NCBI GenBank assembly: GCA_007123885.1
Contig: SLGC01000207.1
Span: 1,852-65,851 of the forward strand
Reading direction: 5' to 3'
Origin: Bacteroidales bacterium
GTDB lineage: Bacteria > Bacteroidota > Bacteroidia > Bacteroidales > PUMT01
DNA: 64,000 nt
Below are positions 29,301 to 38,408 of this stretch, piece after piece (position 1 is the first letter of the stretch; each line of letters opens with the position of its first letter). Made by a program: the position numbers and the translations under genes. A model generated the notes under the pieces. The model saw only the letters and a list, made by a program, of their open reading frames with translations. It was not told where the DNA came from and ran no database searches.

Positions 29301-30733
29301 CTTCTGAGGTATCTTGCATATGCATTTGCCGGAAATTCGCCTGAGCCATATTCATTGGAAAAATTCCTAAGTGCAAGAAGCGGATGAACATCATCCATCC
29401 CTTGAAGCTGCCGGTAATGAATACGATCAAAAAAGCTGAATGATTTAAAGTTGGCACTGCCCTGTGAACTTGCCCTTGGCATGGTGAACCGCATTTCCGG
29501 ATCATCTATTTTCCAAAGCAGCTGAGCAAAACTCATGTCAACCTGATGGAACTGGTTATACCAGGGACTCTGGGACATGATCCTTTCATTCCGGCTAAGG
29601 GATAATTCCCGGGATCTTTCAATGTAGTTAAGCTGCAGGTCGGGATGAAAAACCATCTCATCTTCCAGGTGAAGAATTATACTGGCGCTAACAGAACTTG
29701 CTCCCTGGGAATTAAAGACAAAATGGTCTGAGCTTGCCGTAAGTAATTTTTCATTATCCCTGTAAAAAATCAGCGATGCTTCACCATTTTCTCCCCCCGA
29801 GCCGATGAGCCTGGCTCCCTGCATACTCAATCCGCCTTCATAATCAATATTCCGGTATATCCCCCTGATATTGAAATCCTGTCCATAGGATCTGAACCTG
29901 GGGTAACCGGCAGCGGAATTATTACCGGAAGTCATAACCCTGTCAGTTAATCTGCCTGCTATCGGAGTATTAAAATAAGGGCTGAAGTGGAAAAGAACTG
30001 AATCTGCATGATATTCAGATCTGCCCAGTTCTATTTCATAGTTATCGAGTATGGCGTATGCTTCAGTTTCATCGAGCCCGGTCCGTTCCCACGTTACCCT
30101 TCCACCCTTTCCCATCCAGGTCCGGCTCAGTGGGTAGAGCACTCCGGCCGTGGTGAAGATGGTAAGTGTATCGATATGGTTGAATCCTTTAAGAATGGTT
30201 TCCGGGAAGACGATCTGCAGGGAATCATTAAAAACAAGTGAGAAATCCGGAACAGATGATTTCCAGCTTATTGCGTCTGATTTGTAAAGTGTATTGTCAG
30301 AAATCAATCCGTTTATAAACAGCATCAGATCATTGATCCTCCGCAAGGAAAGATTCTGGTTCTCCAGCAGGTCTGGAAATGCCCCCTGCCAGACCCGGTA
30401 ATGCCGGCGGTCATGGTCGCTTTCTGCGAAGGTGGTAAGCATCTCCATATAGTTAAGCATATGTGGAACCGGCCGGGCATTGCGCTCATGAAGAAGATTG
30501 GCGGTATGGATTATGGTCAGCATCTCACCTGCACTGAACGCATCGGCATCCCATTGGCCGGTGAATCCGGTAAGTTTTTCAAACTGTTTTTCAGTCAGGT
30601 TGCTGCCCATAAAATCAGAAATTTCATTTACAAACAGCATTGGATCACCTGAAAATCTGTTGGTGGAGGGAAAGGTGTTTTGTAGTGAAAGTATTATTGC
30701 TGAAAATAAGATTAAGGGTAGATGTTTTTGCAT
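26291..30733 (-). CDS. Very large uncharacterised protein (about 1480 aa) with an N-terminal signal/anchor
   Basis: A long uninterrupted ORF. The likely start, MQKHLPLILFSAIILSL at 30733, avoids overlap with prmA. I recognise no catalytic motif, and the C-terminal tail is basic. Confidence 0.75.
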   Translation of the reverse strand: MQKHLPLILFSAIILSLQNTFPSTNRFSGDPMLFVNEISDFMGSNLTEKQFEKLTGFTGQWDADAFSAGEMLTIIHTANLLHERNARPVPHMLNYMEMLTTFAESDHDRRHYRVWQGAFPDLLENQNLSLRRINDLMLFINGLISDNTLYKSDAISWKSSVPDFSLVFNDSLQIVFPETILKGFNHIDTLTIFTTAGVLYPLSRTWMGKGGRVTWERTGLDETEAYAILDNYEIELGRSEYHADSVLFHFSPYFNTPIAGRLTDRVMTSGNNSAAGYPRFRSYGQDFNIRGIYRNIDYEGGLSMQGARLIGSGGENGEASLIFYRDNEKLLTASSDHFVFNSQGASSVSASIILHLEDEMVFHPDLQLNYIERSRELSLSRNERIMSQSPWYNQFHQVDMSFAQLLWKIDDPEMRFTMPRASSQGSANFKSFSFFDRIHYRQLQGMDDVHPLLALRNFSNEYGSGEFPANAYARYLRRPLPRVRHQLLELTLEGFIFYDTGTDLIRVRDKMFDYLQANIRSIDYDIIDFSSTVQSPLENAILSLETHDVKINGIPQVIISNTQNVNIFPVNNTVTLKKNRNFQFDGNINAGNLSFFGTTFSFDYDDYRISLNDVDSISMRVPLEATDIYGRARLAGVRNLIRNVTGELYVDKPFNKSGRIDHPDYPKFSSSTNSYVFYDNREIQGGVYGQEDFFFELYPFVLDSLSSFRNDDLSFDGKLVSAGIFSDIGEKLILQEDFSLGIRHAASGGLPVYGGKGTWFEDILLDNSGLRGNGRLDYLSSSLFSENFLFLPDSLVAVTNDFLIEKSRGRSEFPAVRSRGNPVRWVPEKDLMMVQQGDEPFSLFENKAYLAGSLEISPSGLAGSGSLRIDNAEFTAEKYSFGAESFTTSRSRLIFHDPENRNATLSGNSLLASIDIEKQTGEFTRSHDSSPLLLPMNGFTTEPENFTWKMDEKEFEFFCSHLCPETGLEGAEYISTVSDKDSLRFISPHVKLDYGNHLLTASQVKYLEIADAMIIPNDEVLVIGESTEIAPLHQARIMAGAGRYSHEIYDAVVNIKNRNQYSGSGYYDYRDERDDVQSIFFSDITVTGDKETFASGSTEENDFMLSPWFVFSGETELLASRSHLNFRGATKIVHNCEGIDDQWLAFEHTVDPMEILIPVPAQPLSADRTRIYPGIFIATDSVHIYPAFFSERKNYADLPIVTADGYMKYDHHSGQYHIASLEKLRNPDMPGNYLRLDPKECILQGEGELELGVSFGQLGMEAFGTALNRVNENETSINGMVTLDFFFSEEAVALMTLNDGSTGSQPVDSAAWYYRMGLNELLGKERADNFRQSSGAKRAEELPGELQKTFVLSDVSLVWNKESRSYISQGKIGVAYINGVPVNRMLTGYLEITKRRSGDFIDLYIEPDDGNWYYFGYTRGTMQSFSSNQDFVNIINNIALRHRRDRGDRGQERYIYMVAPDTKLEQFFRTYRRNRDLGSF

Positions 30734-30749
30734 AAGCAGATGTTTGACG

Positions 30750-31607
30750 TTATTCTGGTTTTGTAAAAACAATCATCAGCCATTCCCTTTTTTGTGAAAT
30801 CTCTATTGGATCAAACCCCGTTTTGGTGGCCTCATTCATAATCACGGAAAAATCTTTTTCAATAATTCCACTTATTACCAGAGTTCCTCCGTGTTTCAAT
30901 ACCCTGAAATAAACCGGTATATGATCAATCAGCACCGATCTGTTAATATTTGCAAGGATCATATCCGGTTCCCTGTTTTCAAGCAGCTCACAGCCGCCCA
31001 GGTAAACTTTTATATCATCTGTATCATTTTTTTTGACATTTTCACGTGCACTGGTAACGGCATCAGCGTCAATATCGGCCATTTCAACTTTTGCGGCACC
31101 TGCTTTACGGGCAATGATCCCGAGAATACCTGATCCGCAGCCCATATCGAACAGGAAGATCCCTTCAGGCTGACTACCAAGGATATATTCTGCGATCATT
31201 TCAGTGGTAGGATGATGGCCGGTTCCAAATGCCATTTTGGGTTCAATGATTATATCAAAGGGATATTCCTTGACAGGTGGATGAAATGGTGCCCTTACCA
31301 GGCATCTATTTGATATTGTCACAGGTGGAAAATTTTTTTCCCACTCTTCATTCCAGTTCCTGTTTTCCAGCGTGGTGTACTGATATTTTATCTTCTTTTC
31401 CCTGAAAATATCCAGTTCATCAAGCATCGCAGGAGAAAAAGAATCTTCTGAAATATAGGCAAACAAATGCTGATCCTCTTCCCAGAATCCTTCGAACCCG
31501 ATATCCATTAATACGGCTGTCACTATTGAGGAAACAGGGGATTCCTCTCCACCTGTAATACATTTTAGTTCGATAAAACCTGGTTTATTTTTGGTAGTGG
31601 CTGACAT
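30750..31607 (-). CDS. prmA: Ribosomal protein L11 methyltransferase PrmA
   Basis: 285 aa with FGTGHHPTT and the SAM motif DMGCGSGILG. Confidence 0.9.
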   Translation of the reverse strand: MSATTKNKPGFIELKCITGGEESPVSSIVTAVLMDIGFEGFWEEDQHLFAYISEDSFSPAMLDELDIFREKKIKYQYTTLENRNWNEEWEKNFPPVTISNRCLVRAPFHPPVKEYPFDIIIEPKMAFGTGHHPTTEMIAEYILGSQPEGIFLFDMGCGSGILGIIARKAGAAKVEMADIDADAVTSARENVKKNDTDDIKVYLGGCELLENREPDMILANINRSVLIDHIPVYFRVLKHGGTLVISGIIEKDFSVIMNEATKTGFDPIEISQKREWLMIVFTKPE

Positions 31608-31661
31608 ACTGAATATTTTGATTTAATGCAGGCCGTTTCGGGTAAAGCAGATATTGTAAAA

Positions 31662-31732
31662 TAAAAAAACGCCTCCGTTCATCCGGAGACGTTTACCAGC
31701 GTATAACTCCGGATATTTTGGAGTTATACGCT
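31662..31732 (-). terminator. Tandem hairpins downstream of tpiA (13-bp perfect stem, then hairpin plus T7)
   Basis: Read on the minus strand, agcgtataactcc/ggagttatacgct (31698-31732) comes first. It is followed by aaacgtctccg/cggaggcgttt and ttttttt (31662-31694). Confidence 0.65.
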
Positions 31733-31750
31733 TAATTTTCAAAAATGTTA

Positions 31751-32506
31751 TTAAAATGAACCGGCAATTGCCAGAAAGTCATCTGCTTTAAGTGATGCAC
31801 CGCCTATCAGTCCGCCGTCAACATCCGCATTTGCAAACAATTTCCTTGCATTTCCCGGATTACAGCTGCCACCATAAAGGATGGTTGTATCATCGGCCGT
31901 TTCACTGCTATAAATATTTTTCAGGACTGTTCTGATAAAATTATGCATATCCTGGGCTTGTTCGGGAGTGGCAGTCTTACCGGTACCTATTGCCCATACA
32001 GGTTCATAGGCGACGATAATTTTACTGAATTCGTCGCCGGAAATATCAGCCAGTCCCCGTTCAAGCTGCTCTCTTACCACCTCCGTATGAATCCCTTTTT
32101 CTCTTTCGTGCAGATTTTCACCGCAACAGAAAATCGGGGTTAATCCATTGGCAAGAGCCTCTTTAAGTTTTTTATTCAGGTCAGCGTCAGTCTCATTGAA
32201 GTACTGACGTCTTTCAGAATGACCGATAATCACATATCCCGCTCCGGCGGAGGCTATCATGGCAGCCGATACTTCTCCGGTGAAGGCTCCGGAAGATTCG
32301 GATGCACAGTTCTGGGCAGCCAGCCCGATCCCCTGAGGCAATATTTTTTTGATTTCCGGGAGGTGGGTAAAAGGTGGAGCGACGATAAGGGTTACATTTT
32401 CGGGTAAACTTTTTTCTGCTTTTTTACTCACTTCTTCGGCCAGGGTTAATCCTTCCTGAAGCAGTGTGTTCATTTTCCAGTTCCCTGCTACAATTTTTCT
32501 TCTCAT
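31751..32506 (-). CDS. tpiA: Triose-phosphate isomerase
   Basis: 251 aa with the motifs VAGNWKMN, IIGHSERR and AYEPVWAIGTG. Confidence 0.96.
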   Translation of the reverse strand: MRRKIVAGNWKMNTLLQEGLTLAEEVSKKAEKSLPENVTLIVAPPFTHLPEIKKILPQGIGLAAQNCASESSGAFTGEVSAAMIASAGAGYVIIGHSERRQYFNETDADLNKKLKEALANGLTPIFCCGENLHEREKGIHTEVVREQLERGLADISGDEFSKIIVAYEPVWAIGTGKTATPEQAQDMHNFIRTVLKNIYSSETADDTTILYGGSCNPGNARKLFANADVDGGLIGGASLKADDFLAIAGSF

Positions 32507-32555
32507 GGTGTTAATTTTTTAACTGTTAAATTTTGTGATCAATCATTAGCGCCTG

Positions 32556-33842
32556 CTAATTTAACATTTTTTTCTCATCTATTTTGCCGGGAACTCCACG
32601 TAGGTATATTCCGGCAACATTCAGGAGGGTAACGGCAAAAAGAAGTGATAAAATATACCCGATGGTGATAAGCCTGTTTTTTGATGTCTGTTGTGATTCG
32701 AATGACCAGGAAAGAAGGTTGTCTCCGACCTCATCGGCATGTGGAATGTTCCTGTTATGCCATTTCCCGATGATCGTCCCCTGCTTGAGCAACAATAATC
32801 CGGGGTTGCTTCTGATGATCGTTTTCAGGGTAATCTCATCAGTATGATAAAAGTCATACGTGGCACCGGTATTCTCAATATATTCATCTATCTGTGGCAC
32901 AGGGCTGGAGGTAAGGCATATGAAGCCAATATCCCTTTGAGATGACCATTCTGCCAGCTGGTTGATCCTGGTAATGTTATTCCTGGAACTTCTGTCAAGA
33001 TCATATGCAACCATTACGAAAGTATATCCGCCCTCTTCAAGTATATCGTAGGTATGATCTATACCCTCTGTTATTGATTCTATCCGGAAATTTGTTATTG
33101 GTGGTTCATATCCGGGACTTATAAGGATGCTTTCGGTCCTTACCCATTCCCAGGATGAATCGGGAATAGAGTCAACTGAAAATGCTCTGGTCTCACCATC
33201 TTTCGTGTAATAAAGAGTTATTTCATATTCATCGGCAGGAGCATCGGGGGGCACACTCATCTTTTCAATAATGTTGCTGCCTATGCTGAAGGGTCTGAAA
33301 TCGATTACAGGAAGGTTCCTGTAGGAATATGAAAAGATTGCAAGTATGGTTATGAAAAATATTGCCACGGTTCCCGATTCGTAATATCTTAACCGGAAAA
33401 AATTTTTGAATTTTTTCCGGTTAATGAACAGGTTTACCACCAGGCCCATTAAAACCACGTTTTTCCAGAATGTTTCCCAGTTTGTCAGGATGATGGCGTC
33501 TCCAAAGCAACCGCAATCGGCCACAGGATCTGTAAGTGCTATGATGAGGGTCAGTATGGTGAAAAAACCCATAAAGAGAAATACTCCCCACGTGGCCATA
33601 ACCATTTTGATGCCGGCAAGCAACAGGATGCCGATGAGCATTTCGGCTGCCGATAAAAGGACCGACAGGATCAATGAATACTGCTCCAGGGATTCCATGT
33701 TGAAGGCTACGAAATAATCGGTGAATTTGTATGCAGATCCCAATGGATCGATACCTTTGACAAAACCCGAATAGATAAAAACAATACCTGCTATTATTCT
33801 CGAAAAATGCAAAAAAATGCCTGACAGATTTTTCCAGGGCAT
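32556..33842 (-). CDS. DoxX/MauE-like membrane domain fused to a thioredoxin-fold-like domain (BT_3928-type family)
   Basis: 428 aa. The N-terminal multi-TM region carries a CGCFG motif, the middle is soluble, and there is a C-terminal TM helix. Confidence 0.65.
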   Translation of the reverse strand: MPWKNLSGIFLHFSRIIAGIVFIYSGFVKGIDPLGSAYKFTDYFVAFNMESLEQYSLILSVLLSAAEMLIGILLLAGIKMVMATWGVFLFMGFFTILTLIIALTDPVADCGCFGDAIILTNWETFWKNVVLMGLVVNLFINRKKFKNFFRLRYYESGTVAIFFITILAIFSYSYRNLPVIDFRPFSIGSNIIEKMSVPPDAPADEYEITLYYTKDGETRAFSVDSIPDSSWEWVRTESILISPGYEPPITNFRIESITEGIDHTYDILEEGGYTFVMVAYDLDRSSRNNITRINQLAEWSSQRDIGFICLTSSPVPQIDEYIENTGATYDFYHTDEITLKTIIRSNPGLLLLKQGTIIGKWHNRNIPHADEVGDNLLSWSFESQQTSKNRLITIGYILSLLFAVTLLNVAGIYLRGVPGKIDEKKMLN

Positions 33843-33946
33843 ATCAACCGGAATTTAAATTATTATTTTAGGAATAACGGTAAAACTTCTTTTATACTAT
33901 ATCAGGTTTGTAAAATTCATAAAGTTTAAGAATTGTATATTATTGC

Positions 33947-34633
33947 TCAGATAAAACTTTCCCGTTTCAACAAATCTGTAATTTTACTAAAAATTTCCTG
34001 TGGGCCGAGCATTCCCTTTTTTGAATCGTAACAGGAAACCAGTTTAAGATTTATACCGGTTCCGGATTGTTCCAGGTATACATCCCTCACCCTGCGCTGA
34101 AAATCAAGGTCGGCCTCATGAATATCCTTTTGTCCGTTAAGATAATCCCTTTCGGTGCCTGAACGCCGGGTGTTTAATTGTTCAGCTGTAAAATCAAAAG
34201 GCACATCAAGAAATATGTTCAAATCAGGCTTTGGTATACCATAATGCTCATATTCAAGATGAAATATCCACTCCTTGAGTTGTTTCCTTTCTTCCGGCGT
34301 TTTCATCTTGGCACCCTGATAGGCTACATTCGACATAACATATCTGTCGGCCAAAAGAAGATAGCCTTTGGAAAGCCACTCCAGCATCCTTTTTTTTGCA
34401 TCATTCCTGTCGGCTGCATAGATCAATGATACCAGGTAAGGATTTACCTCATCTATTTTTCCCAGCTCACCCCGCAGGAACCTGGCAATCAGTTCACCGA
34501 AAACCCCGTGTCCGGTGCGGGGGAAATGTAAAAACCTGTATACTATTTTATTTTTGTCCAGATATTCACACAGAAGCCTGTTTTGCGTCGATTTTCCTGA
34601 TCCGTCAAGGCCTTCCAAGACTAAAAATGCCAT
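33947..34633 (-). CDS. tmk: Thymidylate kinase family protein
   Basis: 228 aa with the P-loop LEGLDGSGKST and a DRY-type motif (LADRYVMSNVAYQ). Confidence 0.75.
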   Translation of the reverse strand: MAFLVLEGLDGSGKSTQNRLLCEYLDKNKIVYRFLHFPRTGHGVFGELIARFLRGELGKIDEVNPYLVSLIYAADRNDAKKRMLEWLSKGYLLLADRYVMSNVAYQGAKMKTPEERKQLKEWIFHLEYEHYGIPKPDLNIFLDVPFDFTAEQLNTRRSGTERDYLNGQKDIHEADLDFQRRVRDVYLEQSGTGINLKLVSCYDSKKGMLGPQEIFSKITDLLKRESFI

Positions 34634-34761
34634 TCCTGAATAAATTGGTTATAGTTTCACTGACAGGTTATTCTCTGAACCTTGCAGCCATTTTGCAAAT
34701 GTGTAAAAAAAATATGAAACTCTCTTTGTTGGTTATTCACTTTGATGTGAAATTCATGTAC

Positions 34762-34878
34762 ATTTAGTTTAATTTGTAAACCCGCGTCCGCTGGTCGCGG
34801 CAATGTCCTGGCGGGGCTTTACCCGAAAGGCATGTGCGCAAAAAAGTGGATAGTCCGATTTTAGCGAATTTTTTACTT
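34762..34878 (-). repeat. Structured intergenic repeat family, copy B (orphan copy in the tmk/folP divergent region)
   Basis: Full-length copy with the 5-prime module, the double-hairpin core and gggttt. No same-strand gene ends upstream of it. Confidence 0.85.
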
Positions 34879-34895
34879 ATTTTAAAATAGGAGAT

Positions 34896-35759
34896 ATGGA
34901 AATTTTTGCAAGGAAAAAAAGCCTTAGAATAAAGGGGAAACTTTTTGACCTTTCTGAACCGGTTGTTATGGGAATTCTGAATGTAACTCCCGATTCCTTT
35001 TATGACGGCGGCAGGTTTTCCGGAGCTGACGAAGTAGTTTCAAGGGTAGGGCAGATGAGAGATGAAGGTGCCGATATAATTGATGTCGGGGCGGTTTCCA
35101 CCAGGCCGGGTGCGGGAACTGTTCCTGAAACCGAGGAACAGCATCGTTTGTCATGGGTTATGGAGGCAATTCTAAAGGAATTTCCCGATGCCATAATTTC
35201 GGTTGATACCGTCAGGTCGGCTGTTGCCAGGAATATGGTTGAAAATTATGGGGTAGCTATTATAAACGACATATCGGCAGGCAGTTTCGACAGGAACATG
35301 TTGAATACCATTGCAGAGCTTCAGGTTCCCTACGTAGCTATGCACATGCAGGGAACTCCTGAAACAATGCAGCTGGATCCAAAATATGACGATGTGGTCA
35401 ATGATATACTGAAATTTTTTGCCGGGAAAATCCGGATAATGCGCAGCATGGGTATAGGGGATATTATAATTGATCCCGGTTTCGGATTTGGAAAGACAGT
35501 TGATCACAATTATATCCTTGCAGCTAACCTGGAAGAATTCAGTATGCTGGGCCTGCCGGTTCTTGCCGGGTTTTCACGAAAATCAATGATCTGCAAACTG
35601 CTCAGGGTCAATCCCCCGGGGGCTCTGGCAGGAACAATTGCCCTTAATGCCATAGCAGTTTTTAAGGGGGCCGATATATTAAGGGTGCATGATGTAAGGG
35701 AAGCAAAAGATACAATAAGGGTTTTGGAATATCTTAAAAAAGCGAAGGGTGAAACCTGA
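34896..35759 (+). CDS. folP: Dihydropteroate synthase
   Basis: 287 aa with the motifs MGILNVTPDSFYDGG and DIIDVGAVSTRPG and a C-terminal ILRVHDV. Confidence 0.94.
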   Translation: MEIFARKKSLRIKGKLFDLSEPVVMGILNVTPDSFYDGGRFSGADEVVSRVGQMRDEGADIIDVGAVSTRPGAGTVPETEEQHRLSWVMEAILKEFPDAIISVDTVRSAVARNMVENYGVAIINDISAGSFDRNMLNTIAELQVPYVAMHMQGTPETMQLDPKYDDVVNDILKFFAGKIRIMRSMGIGDIIIDPGFGFGKTVDHNYILAANLEEFSMLGLPVLAGFSRKSMICKLLRVNPPGALAGTIALNAIAVFKGADILRVHDVREAKDTIRVLEYLKKAKGET

Positions 35760-35980
35760 AATACGATATCATACAGTCTGTCTATCAACGATAACAGTGT
35801 ATGTAAGTCATCCTTGATATTAGTTTCCGGAGAAATCAGATCTTTTGTATCCCGGGTAACCTGGTATCATCAAATGCAAAAAAAAAGAAACAATGCAACA
35901 CTTAATGGTTTGAATTCTAGAAAAAAATAGGGAATTTTGCTTTTATTCTTCACCGGTACCGATAATTCTATTTATACTTC

Positions 35981-36787
35981 ATGACTGATCTTTTCATAAC
36001 AATAAGAATACTTGATGTTTTTGATGTTTTACTGACCGCAGTTCTCTTCTACCAGATTTACCGGATTATAAAGGGGACAATTGCCATAAATATCTTTATT
36101 GGCATCTTCTCTGTTTATTTGTTGTGGTTACTGGTCAGGGCATTGAACATGCAGTTGCTTGGTTCCATTCTCGGGCAGTTCATAGGAGTAGGGGTTATTG
36201 CCCTGATTATTGTTTTCCAGCAGGAAATAAGACGCTTTCTTATTCTTATAGGCACCAGGTATACGTCCAACAGGACATTTTCACTTGAAAAACTCTTTAG
36301 CTCTGTAAGCGGTAGCAGACCGAAGGTGCGGATTAATTCACTGATCAAGGCATCTAAAAAACTCTCAGGAAAAAGGCTGGGCGCCCTGATAGTTATTGCC
36401 CGGAAATCTGAGCTTCAGCCTTATACACAGACAGGCGATTATCTTGCCGCAGCAACTTCCAGCCGCCTGCTCGAAAGTATTTTCTGCAGGGAAAGCCCCC
36501 TTCATGACGGGGCAGTGATAATCATAGGCGACAGGATACATGCTGCCAGATGTGTTCTGCCCGTTTCGGAAAACACCAACGTGCCACCGGAGCTTGGGAT
36601 GAGGCACCGGGCAGCTTTGGGGATGTCTGAACAGACAGATGCAGTAGTTGTTGTAATTTCAGAGGAAACGGGGAGGTTATCAATAACCGATGGTGGAAAA
36701 ATAAAAATGAATGTCAGCTTCAGGGAACTCTCGGAATATCTTGAGAACGAATTTATCCGTGATCCCTATGTAAATGAGTTTACTTAG
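35981..36787 (+). CDS. cdaA: Diadenylate cyclase CdaA (membrane-anchored DAC domain)
   Basis: 268 aa with three N-terminal TM helices and the DAC motifs GALIVI, HDGAVII and GMRHRAALG. Confidence 0.92.
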   Translation: MTDLFITIRILDVFDVLLTAVLFYQIYRIIKGTIAINIFIGIFSVYLLWLLVRALNMQLLGSILGQFIGVGVIALIIVFQQEIRRFLILIGTRYTSNRTFSLEKLFSSVSGSRPKVRINSLIKASKKLSGKRLGALIVIARKSELQPYTQTGDYLAAATSSRLLESIFCRESPLHDGAVIIIGDRIHAARCVLPVSENTNVPPELGMRHRAALGMSEQTDAVVVVISEETGRLSITDGGKIKMNVSFRELSEYLENEFIRDPYVNEFT

Positions 36788-36794
36788 AAAAAGT

Positions 36795-37448
36795 TCAGCT
36801 TGCGCGGCGCTCTTCCCTTCTCCTGAAAAGGAAAGTCGCTTTTGATTCCTCATTCCTGACCAGCCTTTCGATGTTCTTCTGATGTGTGAAAAGAAGCAAT
36901 ACAAAAACAATAAGCGAGAATATTACCAGAGATGATGTAGTTGTAGTGAATACCACAATTACCAGAACCGGGAAAGAGAGTCCGGCTATCATGGAGCTGA
37001 GGGATACATACTTGGTAATAATAAGTGTTATAAGGAATACCCCGATACATATCAAGGTAGAAACAGGGTCAATGGCAAGTATTACCCCAAGCAATGTGGC
37101 TACACCTTTTCCTCCCCTGAAATTTGCAAATACCGGGAAAATATGACCAAATATAACTGCAAGTCCGAGCAGAAGCTGGAAATTGATGTAGTCACCGGTT
37201 GCAGGTATATAATAGAAAGTGAAATAAATAAGTTTGACCGCCAGGAAACCTTTCAGTATATCAAGCAGCAATACCGGTATTCCTGCCTTATAGCCCAGTA
37301 CCCGTATGGTATTGGTACTACCCGAATTCTTGCTGCCATAATCCCTGACATCCGTATTAAAAAAGACTTTACCAATCCAGACAGCATTGGGAACAGAACC
37401 CAGCAGATAGGCAAACAACAATATTACAGCATTCCACAATCCTGGCAT
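36795..37448 (-). CDS. plsY: Glycerol-3-phosphate acyltransferase PlsY
   Basis: 217 aa with the motifs LLGSVPNAVWIGK and GSKNSGSTN and a polytopic membrane profile. Confidence 0.92.
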   Translation of the reverse strand: MPGLWNAVILLFAYLLGSVPNAVWIGKVFFNTDVRDYGSKNSGSTNTIRVLGYKAGIPVLLLDILKGFLAVKLIYFTFYYIPATGDYINFQLLLGLAVIFGHIFPVFANFRGGKGVATLLGVILAIDPVSTLICIGVFLITLIITKYVSLSSMIAGLSFPVLVIVVFTTTTSSLVIFSLIVFVLLLFTHQKNIERLVRNEESKATFLFRRREERRAS

Positions 37449-37735
37449 AATTAGCGATATTTAAATTATTTATGCTTTTATGTCTTTCAAAAAGCTTTAC
37501 AAAGTTCAACAAATAGTTTCACTTTTCCAAGAACATTAAGGTTTTATAACGGTTGTGCTGCTATGTTAACCCGGGAAAGAGTATTTTGTTCGGATTTATC
37601 TCGGGCTGTTTAGACTTGATACTATAATTTGTAGAAAAACATGGTGAAGAATAAAAAGTGAATAAGCCTGCCCATTACATAGTACTTTGGCCGGAAGCCA
37701 TAACTGTTGTTGTTTAACTCAGGCAAAACCATTCT

Positions 37736-38158
37736 TTAGATCTGCACTACTTGGTTTGGAATGTTAAAGACCAGCTCTGAAATCCGCCCATTGTCGTGGA
37801 AGATTAAACTGTCAGCCAGATTTCTTAGCAGGAAAATGCCTCTCCCGGCTGTTTTTTCAATGTTTTCAGGTGCTGTGGGATCTGGTACGTTATTAAAGTC
37901 AAAGCCTTCCCCCTGATCCTTTGTAATTATAACCAGACTGTCATTTTCTATTTTCAACCTTAGCTCAACAATCTTCTGCGGATCATATTTATTCCCATGC
38001 CGAATTGAATTCTGAACAATTTCAAAAGCGGCAATTTGAATATTGCCATAAAATTTCCCGGCTATTTTGTGTTTAACAGCAAACTCGTCAATAGTTTTTT
38101 CAACTACATTGAGGCTCTCTGTTTTTGATTCGAGCAATATTTTTTTCTCCATTGACAC
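37736..38158 (-). CDS. Anti-sigma regulatory factor-type Ser/Thr kinase (RsbW/SpoIIAB-like HATPase)
   Basis: 140 aa with an N-box-like EIVQNSIRHG, and G-box-like DQGEGF and GRGIFLL. The start is GTG at 38158 or ATG at 38152. Confidence 0.75.
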   Translation of the reverse strand: MSMEKKILLESKTESLNVVEKTIDEFAVKHKIAGKFYGNIQIAAFEIVQNSIRHGNKYDPQKIVELRLKIENDSLVIITKDQGEGFDFNNVPDPTAPENIEKTAGRGIFLLRNLADSLIFHDNGRISELVFNIPNQVVQI

Positions 38159-38408
38159 TGACTTTACACCATTTCTCCCCCTGCCAAACCCTCTTATTTA
38201 CGATGGGTACAGGGAAAAGTTTCATGAATGCAGCCAGTCTGCCTATCCGTTTCCCCTGGGCCAGAGTTCTCTCTTGCCCTGACTTTATATCCTCCGAATA
38301 CCTTTTTAACTGGAAATTAGCGATATCAGAGAAAAAGGCTAATAACAGCTTCCTGATGGAAGAATTTGAAGTATCCAGGTAAGGTTGAGGGCAGGATTTA
38401 ATCTCCAC
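38100..38408 (-). CDS. Doubtful ORF upstream of and overlapping the RsbW-like gene (possible degenerate partner gene)
   Basis: The frame is open from 38516 to 38100 with no ATG, and the first candidate start is GTG at 38408. It overlaps the kinase gene by 59 nt. No clear motif is present. Confidence 0.2.
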   Translation of the reverse strand: MEIKSCPQPYLDTSNSSIRKLLLAFFSDIANFQLKRYSEDIKSGQERTLAQGKRIGRLAAFMKLFPVPIVNKRVWQGEKWCKVSVNGEKNIARIKNREPQCS

